Shown: piece after piece, positions 26,216-38,744 of the stretch
Numbering within the stretch: position 1 is the stretch's first letter
Layout: the number at the start of each line of letters is the position of its first letter
The notes under the pieces: model-generated
Databases searched by the model: none
What the model was told of the DNA's origin: nothing
What the model saw: the letters and a program-made list of their open reading frames with translations, nothing else
Position numbers and translations under genes: made by a program
Source of the DNA: Octopus sinensis
Taxonomy: Eukaryota
DNA length: 64,000 nucleotides
Direction of reading: 5' to 3'
NCBI RefSeq assembly: GCF_006345805.1
Contig: NC_043022.1
Location: 18,104,001 to 18,168,000 of the forward strand

Positions 26216-28387
26216 TACATAATCTAACCAGCTCCATCATCCTAAATAGCTGTAATTTATTCATTGTTCGAGCAATGTTTGTTTAAACGATTTGTCAACG
26301 GTGGCTGTAAAGTAGAAGGGACCAACGACAGCAGCATCGTTTAATTGTCTTTGACAGAGAAGATCGGTTTACTGTAACCGGAGACAGTTTATAACCTGTT
26401 GGGTTCAGGTGGAGCAGTGGTGGGGGCCGTAATAAGACGGTCGGTGTTTATAGAAGTACGGCGAGAAGTAGAGAGAAAGAGACCTACAACACAGCAACGA
26501 GAGGAGTTGGGATAGTTTTAGTACAATTACAACAACTATAACTAAAATAAAAATAAAAGCAACGAGAGAGAAAGAATACCAATAATGTAACAATGACAAC
26601 ATCAAGAACTACAATAAGTGTAGGAACAACAACAACAACAACAAGACAAATAGCAGCGACAACACTAATAACACAAACCAAGACTGATAACAACAACAAC
26701 AACAGAAAGGAGGTGAGCAAAACTACTAACAACAATATTAATAAAGTAGGAGAGAAAAAGCACCAATAACAACAACGGCATCAATAATAGAATGTACGGG
26801 AGCAAGATGGGCAAAAAGAAGAAACAGAAATACTTCAACCGTGATAATAATTCGTTTTATTGGTCAGAGGGGCCAAGAGAGATTGGGGAGACAGAACGAG
26901 CAAGAAATACAAAACGATGGAAGTTTAGATTGAATGAAAAGGGGGGAGGCAACAAAAATAATAAAGAAGGAAAAGTCCCCGGTTGGTAGGGTGGGGAATA
27001 CAACGCAGGTTAATTGGAGGGTAACCCAAGAGAAAATCCTGGATTAATGTGATGTATCAGAAACATGAAAAGTGTTCTGCCATTTATTTAATTGATAAAG
27101 GTTTGGCAAAGAGGAAACTTTAAACTTTTTAACCAAGTTCTAACACATAACTTCCTTCGCCATATTCATCTGACAGAGACAAACTAACCATTTCTGAAGG
27201 GTGACGATGGATCGATCGTCACAATTGGAATTAGCTTAGAGCCGGGTACGTTCTACACGTACTAACAGCTATACAATACAAACACACAAGGCGACAGTAC
27301 ACTACACGAGTCCAGGGCGGCTTTGTTGAACTGCTACATCTCGAACAAGTTGGGTTAATGGTATTGCTGAGCTTGTACATCAGCATCCACCCCAACCTCT
27401 GCAGCAGTACCAGACCTGGGACTTTTAGAAGCTGTCTATAATTTCTGATCAGAAACTTCCCAAGGAGAGACGACGTAGATTATCCTCGTCGATTCACAAA
27501 ACCTTCTCCTGCCTATGGTCACTAACACCTGACAGGATAAGAACACTGACCGCATTGACTGAAAGAGTGGTCTGAATGCCAAATAATCTGCACGAAGCAT
27601 GAATAAGATGTGGGAAATACAGCGACAACAGTTACCAATTTGAGAATGTCATGTTACAGGTGAATTTTTGAGGCCAATATGAATGATGATAGTTAGTATA
27701 AAGGCTTACAAATCTGTATGGATGGCAAGAAATATATTGCTCTGCCATTATTTTCTATCTAGTTAAAAGTAGATGCAAATAGGAACGAACTAGACAAAGA
27801 ACGCATTAAATTATTTAGAAATATTAATAAGTTTAAATGATTTAAGGTCCTGAAATTCCTTCGTCAAAAAGATAAGACTAATTCTATTGGCTACCGATTT
27901 TATTGGTAATTCCACTCTATATATTTCTACAACACACACACACACACACCACACACACACAAACAGAGAGTATAAAACGTCTTCACACACAAACTCACAT
28001 GCAAATATATTTCTTGTTGCATAAACACAAATGCAACTGATTGGCCGATATATACAGATGCGCGTGATTCTTCTATAATTTTATATAATACGCATATACA
28101 CGCAACGTTGCACACTTGTACACATTTATGTACACATACACTAAAATGCATTTGACTTAAAAGATATCAATTATGATGTCTTTTGTGAGGTGCAGTTGTG
28201 CAACCAGTGACACAGCACTCAGATCAACAAAGTGCATAAAACGTCGACTTCATTTCTATGGAGAGAACAAAACAAATTTGACAGCAACAAAAGGCGGGAG
28301 AGAAAGCTGAAATTGCACCGAGAGACACCGAGACATTAATGTGATGCACCTATACAGCTGATATGGGTGAATAGCTTGATATGGAGT

Positions 28388-28431
<44 letters not shown>

Positions 28432-28689
28432 CGTGTATGTATATTATATATATATATATATGTGTATGCGTGTATGTATATTATATATATATATATGTGT
28501 GTATGTATATATGTGTATGCGTGTATGTATATTATATATATATATATGTGTGTATGTATATATGTGTATGCTTGTATGTATATTACATATATATATGCAT
28601 ACACATAAGCATACAAACATATACACACACACATTTAAATCTGCATGTGTGTGTGTATGTATGTATATTATATATATAAATATATGCAT

Positions 28690-28960
28690 ATATGTACATA
28701 CCTACATATATATGTATATATACATGCATATATGGGTACAGGGCATCAAAAAACGTAGACAAAATGAGAAACGAGAGCATAAAAAACAAAAACATAAAAA
28801 AACCAACTGTTTTTCGAACAACGAAAAAACAAACAAACAGAGAAGCGAGACATGCAACATAAAGAACACTCCCTTCATCGGTTGTCCCCTGTTTTATCTA
28901 CTCCGCATTTCGAAGGTAAGGACAAGACGCGTCTTCGTTAAAAGTCCTTCCCGCAAAGCA
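28690..28960. mobile_element. Microsatellite-associated interspersed repeat (also 35590-35815 and 43265-43490)
   Basis: Shared catgcatatatgggtacagggcatcaaaaaac..gagaaacga..aacgaaaaa block in three places. Confidence 0.7.
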
Positions 28961-29711
28961 AATTAAATAAAATTTGGGATTTTTTGCGGAGGGTGAGAGC
29001 GGTAACAAAAACAGTACAGTGAGAACAAAACAGTAAAAACAAACGGTGAGGGCTGTTAAGCCAAGCCGATGTGAAGTGGTGAACGCTGGAAAAACGAGCT
29101 TTGAGAAGAGACAGATAAAAACACGTTTTGTCTTTAGGAAGGAAGTAGAAGACAGATGGATGGGCGTTGGTCACGTGTGACCAACGAGAGAGTCAAGAAG
29201 AGTGAGAGAGAGAGGGGGGACGGTGAAGGGGAGAGGATAAGAATAGGGAAAGGGTGGGAGAGAAAAACAGAAAGGAAGAAGAACAAGAGGAAAGATATAC
29301 AGAAAAGAGATAGAATACAAACATACTGAGAACGATCAAAAGTCCCACATTTAACCAACAGAAAGAGACAACAGCAATGGTGTATAGACAAATACATTAA
29401 CTTCTTCCTGGATTGTATGTTTATGACATCTAGGCTACAACTTCGCCACTCCAAACTCCAATAAACTAGAAAGACTACAAATTAACACCCAAGACATCAA
29501 CCAAATTAAATTAGTAGGAATGAAACAACATCAAGAGAGCTTGTTGTAGCAAGCTTCATCTGTTCCTCCTCTCCGCCAGACCCTGTTGTTACATGAAAAA
29601 CAACCTCCCATGCCCCAGATAATAACAACACCCTAAAACAGTATTAAAATACTGTCTCTCCTGCTCAGTCTGAACAAGCACAAGGAAAACATTTCTACAA
29701 AAATAACTCAC

Positions 29712-29817
29712 CCCCGCCCCAACACTGAGTTTGGATGCAGAGAAGTAGCAACTGTTGCACTTTGAATCCACTGGCTGAGGTCACCGTTAGTAGAATCTAT
29801 GGAAGTACGGTTACAGA
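29712..29817 (-). CDS. Candidate internal coding exon (106 nt), unknown product
   Basis: Acceptor ttggctttcttcattgttcag, donor GG|gtgagt, open frame CNRTSIDSTNGDLSQWIQSATVATSLHPNSVLGR. No homology recognised. Confidence 0.35.
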
Positions 29818-30214
29818 CTGAACAATGAAGAAAGCCAAAGATACACAGTCAGTCAGTCACACTGCATCACGTGATTTAACAGTGCATGTCGGATTGTGCA
29901 ACAAAGTCTTGAACGAGACAGAAGCTTTGTGTAAAGTGGAGGGGGTCGATTTGTGACTGACACCTCACCGTTTGGCCAACTGCACATCATAGAATTGATC
30001 GGTCAAAGCACTTGTTTTAAATATGACACAGAAAGTCCTAAAATATTTTGTTTTTTTAATCTCGGATATTTCAGTCCATGTATCGGAAAATGGAATGACC
30101 CAGAGTTTAAGCTCCGGAATAGAGGTTTTCCTCAAAATAGACAGTGATTTGGTTCATTCCTTTGGGTTATGTAAAAATAGATAGTATAAAAAAATAAAAA
30201 ATTTAATTTAATCG

Positions 30215-30372
30215 TGGCTGTGAGGTAAAAAGTTTGCTTCCCAACCACATGGTTTTGGGTTCAGTCCCGCTGCGTGGAACCTTGAGTACGTGTCTTCTAC
30301 TATAGACTGGGGTCGACGAAAACCTTGAGTGAGGATTTGGTCGATGGAGACTGAAAGAAGTCCACATTTTGT
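30215..30372 (+). mobile_element. SINE family B, 5' part
   Basis: gtggctgtgagg..ccaaccacatgg..gactgaaagaag. Confidence 0.8.
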
Positions 30373-30437
30373 GCGTGTGTGTGTGTGTGTGTGTGTGTTT
30401 ATCTCCCCGGCATCTATCTATCGACAAACACACGCAG

Positions 30438-30477
<40 letters not shown>

Positions 30478-31011
30478 TCATGTCTATATTTTATGAGAAG
30501 CCAAGACACCGATGACTCGTGAACATAAACTCAGATCGAATTTCCTATTTTACAATGTCAGAAGAGCTCACATTTTATGGTTTAATGTCAGGTTGGCCGA
30601 CACCGTGTGACATCGAGATTAGACGCTGCGCGCGCGCGCACAATTTGCACACACACACACATACCACACAGATCGGCTGCCTTTTTTTATTTCATGTAAT
30701 ATGTTATATATGTGCATGTAGTTCTCGACATGTTTATGAGGGGACGGTGGGAAAAAATCTTTCAAATTTGAAAAAAAACTAGTATTGACTGACAAGTTCG
30801 ACATTTTTTAAGAACCGCCGAGATGTGACTGGTGGTGGTGGTGGTGGTGGCGGAGGGTGATGTGGTGGTTGGTAACAGGTGACAAACTGGTGTTTTGTCG
30901 TAGAGAGAGACTTAAATTTTTATTTCATACAGTCACCAGAATGTAATCTCGTTCGACAATGTCTTTCTTCTGGGTTTTTTGTCTAAATTCTTCTTTATCG
31001 TGGCGAGCTGC

Positions 31012-31183
31012 AATAATCGGCAGCACACCGGGTAAAATGCTTAGCGGCATTTCGTCCCAGGTCGACTTTGCTTTTAATCGTTTTGGAATCAATGAAATAA
31101 GTACAAGTTGAGCACTGGGGTCGATATTATCGACTAGCCCCCTACCCCAAAATTTCAGACCTTGTGCCTATAATGAAAAGGAT
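31012..31183 (+). mobile_element. SINE family A with internal deletion
   Basis: Head joined directly to ggtcgactttgc; alternative tail. Confidence 0.8.
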
Positions 31184-31614
31184 CTTTTGAATTCTTCCTC
31201 GAAAGGAGATGATTTCTAACAAAAAAGCACTAATATTTGTTTATAAACGTTCTCCCCTTGAGCCCCTAATGTTTTCATGAATCTCATTGTAGCATCCTAA
31301 GGTTCATAGTGTATGCCCCTTTAACTGGTAACGACATCATGAATTAATGTCACCCCTACCCAACCTCTTTTATAGACATTCACTGCTATCCAATTGACTC
31401 TTTCTAAAGTTTTGTGGGTTGAGGGATACCTGTGTCAGCACGAAATTTATGACCAGCAGCCAGGGTCAACTCACTTTGCTCTTTATTCTAAAACGCAGTC
31501 TTCTAGTCTTAGATTTTTTCCTGAAGATAAGGGGATAGATAAATTGGAAAGGAATTACAACCCTCTGATCCCCACTGTGTTCTATGCCACTCTAAAAATT
31601 GTAGTTGTTTTAGA

Positions 31615-31690
<76 letters not shown>

Positions 31691-31897
31691 AAAATATGTT
31701 AGCGTCATTTAATTTCTGAACGGTTTTGCTGCCGTGTGTTTATGTGGTTTGATTTCTTTATCCATCAGTTTCTACTAAGATAGAGACACGAGTAAAATTA
31801 CTAATAAAGAAACGAAAATAAAACTTTGGAAACAGCCTAAAGGGAGATAATTGAGAAAGACTTGAAAGCGACGTAAGATCGTTATCATGTAAAGTAT

Positions 31898-32403
31898 ATC
31901 TATATATATAAAACTCTAGTTGTGTGAGTGTCTGTCCCCTTCGATTTAGATTCCTAACTCCTCCCACATTTTGCGGTGCAGTTTAACCAAATTCGGGTAT
32001 CTTATAGTCGTGATTCATATCGAGCCCGTCTGACTATTAGCGCGCGTCAACGATGAGTCTACGATTTAAAAATAATTTAACATCATTTTTATTCCATTTT
32101 AATGCATAAAATGCATCGTATGTCGATGGCGGCGGAGTTGGCGTCCACGCTCACAGCTGCACCTGTTTGCTTCTCCCCCTTCCCTCCCTCGTGAAGCTGT
32201 GGGGAAGGGAGTGTAAAGAAATCAACGTCGTAATGCGTTGTGAAGGAAACCAGCGTTCTTTTAGAACAACGACTTCATGGCTTGAAGACACCAAAACAAA
32301 AATGGCTAAGAAAGCCCGAATTTATAAGGGAAGTAACTCTCTAAAAATGCTTATATAGTTATTTCCCTTACAAACCCGAGCAACGCCGGGCGATACTGCT
32401 AGT
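31898..32403 (-). mobile_element. Non-autonomous Helitron/Helentron-type element
   Basis: Minus strand runs ACTAGCAGTATCGCCCGGCGTTGCTCGGG ... ttttatatatatagat. Same ends as 39596-39992. Confidence 0.75.
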
Positions 32404-32412
32404 ATATAATAA

Positions 32413-32643
32413 GGCGGCGAGCTGGTAGAATCGTTAGCACGCCGGGCGAAATGCGTAGCCGTATTTCGTCTACCGCTACGTCCTGGGTTCAAATTCCGCC
32501 GAGGTCGACTTAGCCTTTCATCCTCTCGGGGTCGATAAATTAAGTACCAGTTGCGCATTGGGGTCGATGTAATCGACTTAATCCGTTTGTCTGTCCTTGT
32601 TTGTCCCCTCTGTGTTTAGCCCCTTGTGGGTAGTAAAGAAATA
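32413..32643 (+). mobile_element. SINE family A, full length
   Basis: Complete head, central domain and tail ..gtgggtagtaaagaaata. Confidence 0.92.
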
Positions 32644-32659
32644 TATATATAATAAATAA

Positions 32660-32840
32660 CCCAGAATCCTTGTCCGGTACCAGACTGATTCCAAAATCTA
32701 ATCGGTTTGCGCCAGTCACGATGCCAAACATCCCTGAAAATTTCATCCGAATCTATCCAGCGGTTCTTAAGATATCTTGCCCACGGACAGACAAACAGGA
32801 ACTGAAAACAATACCTCCACCTTCGCTAAGGCAGAGGTAG
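32660..32840 (+). mobile_element. HINE/DINE-1-like element 3' portion
   Basis: gaaaatttcatccgaatc..cggacagacaaac..aacaatacctcc..gcagaggta, with a terminal stem-loop typical of Helentron-associated elements. Confidence 0.55.
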
Positions 32841-32922
32841 TAGTAGTAGTAATAATAATAATAATAGAAATATTAAAATTACTAAGTCTCTATAAAAGAG
32901 ATTATGGCAGCGTTTACTGGAA

Positions 32923-33327
32923 ATTAATTGTTATCGCCATATTAATATGGCATTCTTATAGATATAAGAATAATCGCTGCCATGGTCAGCTCCATGAGGC
33001 CACCGTCATCAAGATAGCTATTGATACACGATCTGTGTCCATTATAACCTTCAAACTAGGTAAATATAAGCCTTCGAACAGAGACGTCAGTGGCGACACC
33101 TGCGGGTCTGACAGCGCTACATTGACAAGGGGCAATACCCCGAAACGCGTCTGTAGCTGTCGGACTGGCAGTGTGAAGCGGCTGACCTCCCTTGTTCGAA
33201 GGTTATAATGGATACAGATCGTGTATCAATAGCTATCTTGATGGCGGTGGCCTCATGGAGCTGACCATGGCAGCGATTATTCTTATATCTATAAGAATGC
33301 CATATTAATATGGCGATAACAATTAAT
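32923..33327. repeat. 134-bp near-perfect inverted repeat (fold-back), probably Penelope-like
   Basis: 32923-33056 is the reverse complement of 33194-33327 with 3 mismatches; 137-nt loop. Confidence 0.95.
33110..33161 (+). ncRNA. Minimal type I hammerhead ribozyme (U3-A8 core variant)
   Basis: gctaca-TTGACAA-GGGG-caata-CCCC-GAAA-CGCG-TC-tgtagc. Stems I and II are perfect, stem III is the palindrome ACGCGT, and the GUC site implies cleavage after 33151. Confidence 0.8.
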
Positions 33328-33377
33328 AATAATAATGATGATGATAATATTAATAATAATAATAATGATAATAATAA

Positions 33378-33523
33378 TACTTTCTACTGAAAGCACAAGG
33401 CCTCATATTTGGGGGAAGGGAATAAGTCGATTACATAACCCTAGTGTGTAACTGGTACTTATTTAATCGACCCCGAAAGGATGAAAAGTACTTCGCCCGG
33501 CGTGCTAACGATTCTGCCAGTTC
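33378..33523 (-). mobile_element. SINE family A, deleted copy
   Basis: Reverse-strand head, central domain and alternative tail. Confidence 0.8.
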
Positions 33524-33532
33524 AACAATGAT

Positions 33533-34252
33533 GTTATTTATTTGCCACCTGGCGAAGGATGAGGGGGGGGGACAATACTCAGACAGACATAAGGTGTGTG
33601 TTGAGGGGTTACATATAATGAAATGATAAAATAATTTTTTTAAAAGTATACAAGGTATACAACGAAAAGGAAAGGGACATACGCATAGCATACAAAGGTT
33701 TAAAGAAAAAAAAGTGGGGAGAAATGTAACTCTCCTGAGACAGGAAGGCCTCTAAAGATAATCGAGTAACCCTGCTGTCTGAGATTTCCCTGAAACCCTA
33801 TAAGCAAGTGCCCTCCCCAATTCCTTCTCTTCGATTTACAGGTCTACACTTAGAGAGGTACCATCCACTCTTGCCATTTTCGGAACTTTCACCCACCTTT
33901 CAATAAACTCACTCGAGGACAGCACTTCACTGTCCGTCCTCTACCAAAGACGAAAGGATCTGTTCTCATGCCTTTCAGCCTTGTCCGCCAAACAACCTCT
34001 TTCGCTACAGCCACCAGGCAAAGGAGAACTACCTTGCCTGCCCAAATGAAGGATGGCGAAGGGTCAGACATCCCTATAGACTCGGCCGACGGACGGACCC
34101 GTCCCACACGTGACAGCAGCTGTTCGACATAATCGCACAAGTCTTGCAATGCCCGGGCATTTCCGACGTGTGGAAGCATGGTACCGTAGGCTGCAGGCAG
34201 GAAGCCCGCTACGCATGCGAGACTCCAGGAGTTCCAACAAAACCCGAGATAA
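33533..34252 (-). mobile_element. Tx1/L1-clade LINE 3' end (C-terminal region + 3' UTR), 5'-truncated
   Basis: ORF 33889-34179 reads DLCDYVEQLLSRVGRVRPSAES..GKVVLLCLVAVAKEVVWRTRLKG, typical of the Tx1/L1 C-terminus after the zinc knuckle. Confidence 0.75.
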
Positions 34253-34258
34253 AAAGAA

Positions 34259-34319
<61 letters not shown>

Positions 34320-34375
34320 GATTACCTTTCTAACCGTCAGTGTCCGATAAATTAGATTACGAAGACTTGTCCACC

Positions 34376-34608
34376 TATTTCTTTACTACCCACAAGGGGC
34401 TAAACACAGAGAGGACAAACAAGGACAGACAAACGGATTAAGTTGATTATGTCGACCCCAGTGCGTAACTGGTACTTAATTTATCGACCCGGAAAGGATG
34501 AAAGGCAAAGTCGATCTCGACGGAATTTGAACTCAGAACGTAACGGCAGACGAAATACGGCTACGCATTTCGCCCGGCGTGTTAACGGTTCTGCCAGCTC
34601 ACCGCCTT
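34376..34608 (-). mobile_element. SINE family A, full length
   Basis: Reverse complement of the 32413 copy. Confidence 0.9.
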
Positions 34609-35322
34609 AGCAAACCTTCATACAAACCATCAAAACATGGTCATCTCCACCACAACTACCACCGTCACCAGCTCAAAAACTCAACCATCCACCAATACTT
34701 CCAGCATAACCATCATTCCCTTCATCGCCACCACCACCACCACCAGTACTGTCATCCACTGCAATTAGAAACACCACAACACAAACCACTACACAACCAC
34801 ACAACCGTCAGCTGTACAATGACAATCACCACCACCTCTACAAGAATCACCATCATCACCACTACTACTACTACTACTACTACTACATCACCACCACCAC
34901 TCCCACCGTCACCCTCACTCCCACCAGCCACCAATTATCCCTTCTGCCAAACAACAGGTCGGTCTCTAATTGTTTAGGGAGCTATGATAGCTGCTATCAT
35001 GTGGCTGTCGAATAAAATTAGAGAGGACGCCGCTACCTTTTTTTTACCACCCACAAACAGAGGGCGAGAAGAAGGGGTTAGAGGGGCCAGAGAGAAGAAG
35101 CGGTGGGGGGGTGGGGGGGCTTTCTTTCAACTGTTTGTCACTTCCAGGATCTTCTGACGAAAATGGTATAATCACATATACACACACACAATATATATAC
35201 ATACATACACGTGCTATCTGTGTATATAGATGTAAAACAAGCACGTACGAATGTATGGGTGTATGCATGTGTGCACGCATGTATAATACACACACATATT
35301 TATACGTTTACGTATGTATATA

Positions 35323-35368
<46 letters not shown>

Positions 35369-35465
35369 TATATATATATATAAATAACTTAGGTAACTGA
35401 GATATGTTTCGAACAATGATTGGCCCAGGACATGTCTAATTTGCTAGCACCATCTGATATATATA

Positions 35466-35565
35466 NNNNNNNNNNNNNNNNNNNNNNNNNNNNNNNNNNN
35501 NNNNNNNNNNNNNNNNNNNNNNNNNNNNNNNNNNNNNNNNNNNNNNNNNNNNNNNNNNNNNNNNN
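35466..35565. other. Assembly gap (100 N)
   Basis: Run of N. Confidence 1.
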
Positions 35566-35841
35566 GCGCCTATATAATAAATAATTAATAATAAATAAAA
35601 CATATGCATATATACATACATATATGTACGTACCTACCTCTACATGTATATATACATGCATATATGAGTACAGGGCACCAAAAAACGTCGAACACAATGA
35701 GAAACGAAAACATAAACACAAAACCAAGGAAATGGACATTTTTTTAAAACAACGAAAAAATAGAGTACAGGACAAATAACACAAGGAAAATTCCCCTTCT
35801 TCAGTCGCCTTTGTTTCATCTACATATATACACTCACACAC

Positions 35842-36061
35842 ACAAGGAGGTGCTGAAAAGTTGCTGGCTTTGGGTGAAAGAAAATACAGGAAGACCAGTT
35901 AATTATGTTTTTATTCAACATGTTCCCCTCTCAGATTCACACACTTATTGCAGCGGTCCTTTAGTTTTTCTAAGCCTTGTAAAAGAAGTCGGAAAGTTGG
36001 GCCTCCAACCAAGCCTTTCGCGACACCCTTTAAGCCAGGAACTTTTCAGCACCCTTCCGTG
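35842..36061. mobile_element. Mariner-type MITE
   Basis: TIRs aggaggtgctgaaaagttgctggctt and aagccaggaacttttcagcacccttcc. Confidence 0.75.
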
Positions 36062-36403
36062 TGTATGTGTCCGTGTATGTGTGTGTGTGTGTGTGTAGAT
36101 ACATATACTGGCTAAGTGGTTAGGATTTTTCACATGCGCGTGTGTATTACCGTAGATAACTTGATGGTGGATGTTATTATTCCTGGAAATTCAATGGCAT
36201 GGTCATGGTCGAAATCCTTTTGAAAACACGTCCGTTTGATCTGGACTGACCCGAGATTAAACTATCAGAACGGCAGGAGTCACATCAAAGTGGTAGGCTT
36301 AAGATAAGACCATTTCTACTTTAGCCTAACTCTACCACGTGATTCCTGCTTCTTTGGAGATTAAAGACTTCTATGGAGATACTAGCTGTGTATATTTTAC
36401 CTT

Positions 36404-36752
36404 TTAACTTGTTTCAGTCATTAGGCTGTGGCCATGCTGGGGCACCACCTTGAAGAACGCTTAGTCGAATGAATAGAACCCCTCCCCCCGGTTTCTTTGC
36501 CGAACCGGTAAGTTACGGGGATGCAAACATGCCAACGTCGGTTGTCAAACAGTGATGGAGGACATACACACACAAACACACGTATATATGCATTTAAGAT
36601 GAGTTTCTTTCAGTTCCCGTCTATCAAATCAACTGACAAGGGCTTGGTCGGCTCGAAACTATAGTAGGAGACACTTGCCGCGCAGCGGGACTGAACTCGG
36701 AACCACGACATTGGGAAATAAACTTGCAACACACCCAAATCTGCACCTATGT
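36404..36752 (-). mobile_element. SINE family B, diverged
   Basis: Tail ccagcatggccacagcctaatgactgaaac and head present in reverse. Confidence 0.8.
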
Positions 36753-36770
36753 CGCAAAGATGCACACGCG

Positions 36771-36802
<32 letters not shown>

Positions 36803-37003
36803 AAATGGGTGACGGTTAGTAAGGAGAGACACAAATAAGAAAGAAGAAAACAAAGGACCAATGATGCGGTCACAGGAGTGTGACGAAAGAACTCTGGCCG
36901 AAATAAGATTAAGATTAATGTAAAAATAAATAACACCAAATATATAGTGCGTGTGTTTTTATTGGCTAAACTGGCAAAATGACCATTCCGAATATAACAA
37001 ATA

Positions 37004-37083
<80 letters not shown>

Positions 37084-37517
37084 TTTTACTTGTTTCAGTC
37101 ATTTGACTACGGCTATTCACCTCAATAGATGTCATTGATTGGTTGAAATTGCCGAAATGCAAGAAATTTAACAACAAATATCTTACAAACTACAGAATTT
37201 TCTCAAGAAAGCCAAGAGAAAAAGATGTTTTATTTTGACACATTCTACCAGTATACGAAGTTTAAAAGTGTTTAGTTACAAAGAAATTACTTTTTAAATC
37301 TGCCGGTCAAAGTGAAAAGATCCATGAGAAGCAGATCATTGGTGCTTCGAAGTCATTCTTCAATTGTCTTTGGAACCATTTACAGCGGTTTCTGTTTACC
37401 AAAATCGGAACAAATTTACATTTTTACCTCGTTACATTTAATAAATATCTTCAGAACGATTAGAGGGAAAAGAAAAGCGAAGAAAAAGAAAAAAGCTCAT
37501 TAAGTCTTCAGACTTAC

Positions 37518-37685
37518 ATTTTAGTGACTTGGTATGGTTCCACGTGTTCGTAGATTCCCTCGTTTAGTGCGTGGGGTAGTAAGCGGGGACAGCGACTATT
37601 CGACCGGCGGTGTTGGCCGAAGGAGTTATACCCGGTGCGGTCATCCGGTGTTGTTATCAGTAATAAGTAACGCTCTTTGTGACTT
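37518..37685 (-). CDS. Candidate internal coding exon (about 168 nt), unknown product
   Basis: CpG-rich island with strong donor AAT|gtaagt. One open frame: SHKERYLLLITTPDDRTGYNSFGQHRRSNSRCPRLLPHALNEGIYEHVEPYQVTK. The acceptor position is uncertain. Confidence 0.4.
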
Positions 37686-37954
37686 CTAAGTTAGTCCCTA
37701 TGATTACAAAGGAAGCCCTTGTTAAAAACTAAGGATGCTATTTAAAGTTTGTGTGACATAGTGTATACATATGGGCTATGTAAAGGAATAGTAAACAGAG
37801 TTGAAGAGGACATAGAAATCTTTAAAATCAATAGAAATCATAACGTGTAATGTAAATCGGTGGTCTAGCTTTCGAGTGAATTTATTAAAAAGGATTAATG
37901 CCCGAGTGTACTAGGTAGATTATAATAGATAGATTATAATATGTATGTGTGTGT

Positions 37955-38395
37955 ATGTGTGCGACGGGCTTCTTTCAGTTTCTTTTAGCACATCCACTCA
38001 CAAGGCTTTCGTCATCTCGGGGCTATAGTAGAAGACACTTGCTTAAGGTACCACGCAGTGCAACCGAACCCGGAACCATGTGTTTGGGAGGCAAACTTCG
38101 TACCACCACACAACCACGCCTGCACACACACACAAACACATGCACACGCACACACACACACACACACAAACACACACGCACACGCACACACACGTACATA
38201 CATATATATATGTGTGTGTGCGACAAGCTTCTTTCAGTTTCGTCTACCAAATCAGCTCACAAGGCTTTCGTCGTCCCGCGGACATTGTACAAAAAAAAAA
38301 CACAACACTTTCTCAAGGTACCACGCAGTGCAATCGAACCCGGAACCACGTGGATGGGAAGCAATCTCGTTACCACACAACAGCTCCTGCGCCTG
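37955..38395 (-). mobile_element. Two tandem SINE family B heads
   Basis: 37955-38122 and 38215-38395 each contain ttctttcagtt..aaggtaccacgcagtgcaa. Confidence 0.8.
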
Positions 38396-38744
38396 TATGT
38401 CAATAGGTTTTGATTCTGTGATTTTCTGATAATGTCTGCTGCTTGCCGAACAGATTAGCATTGTTCATCTCCTGCCAAATTAGCAACGGACCGTAATTGT
38501 TTATCACGGAGTTCCAGTGAAATGGTGATAAAACCATGTTCCGAAGAATCTTCAGTGAAATTCTAACCAAGAGAAGAAGGATGAGGGTGACGCCTGCAAA
38601 AAAAAAAAATGGTTGTTGATTTGTCAAAAACACGAAACGATTACGCGAACAAGCTGTGGTTGGTCGCTCGACCAGTAAGAAATAGCAGCTAAATCTCTCT
38701 CTTATCACAGCTCACTGTGTTTTTCTGTTTCTTTTTTTTTTTTT

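Noticed and set aside
35770-35815. Hammerhead in the 28.7/35.7/43.4-kb repeat family (CTGAAGAAGGGG.., TTGATGAAGGG..)
   Set aside because: No GAAA or cleavage triplet follows stem II in any of the three copies.
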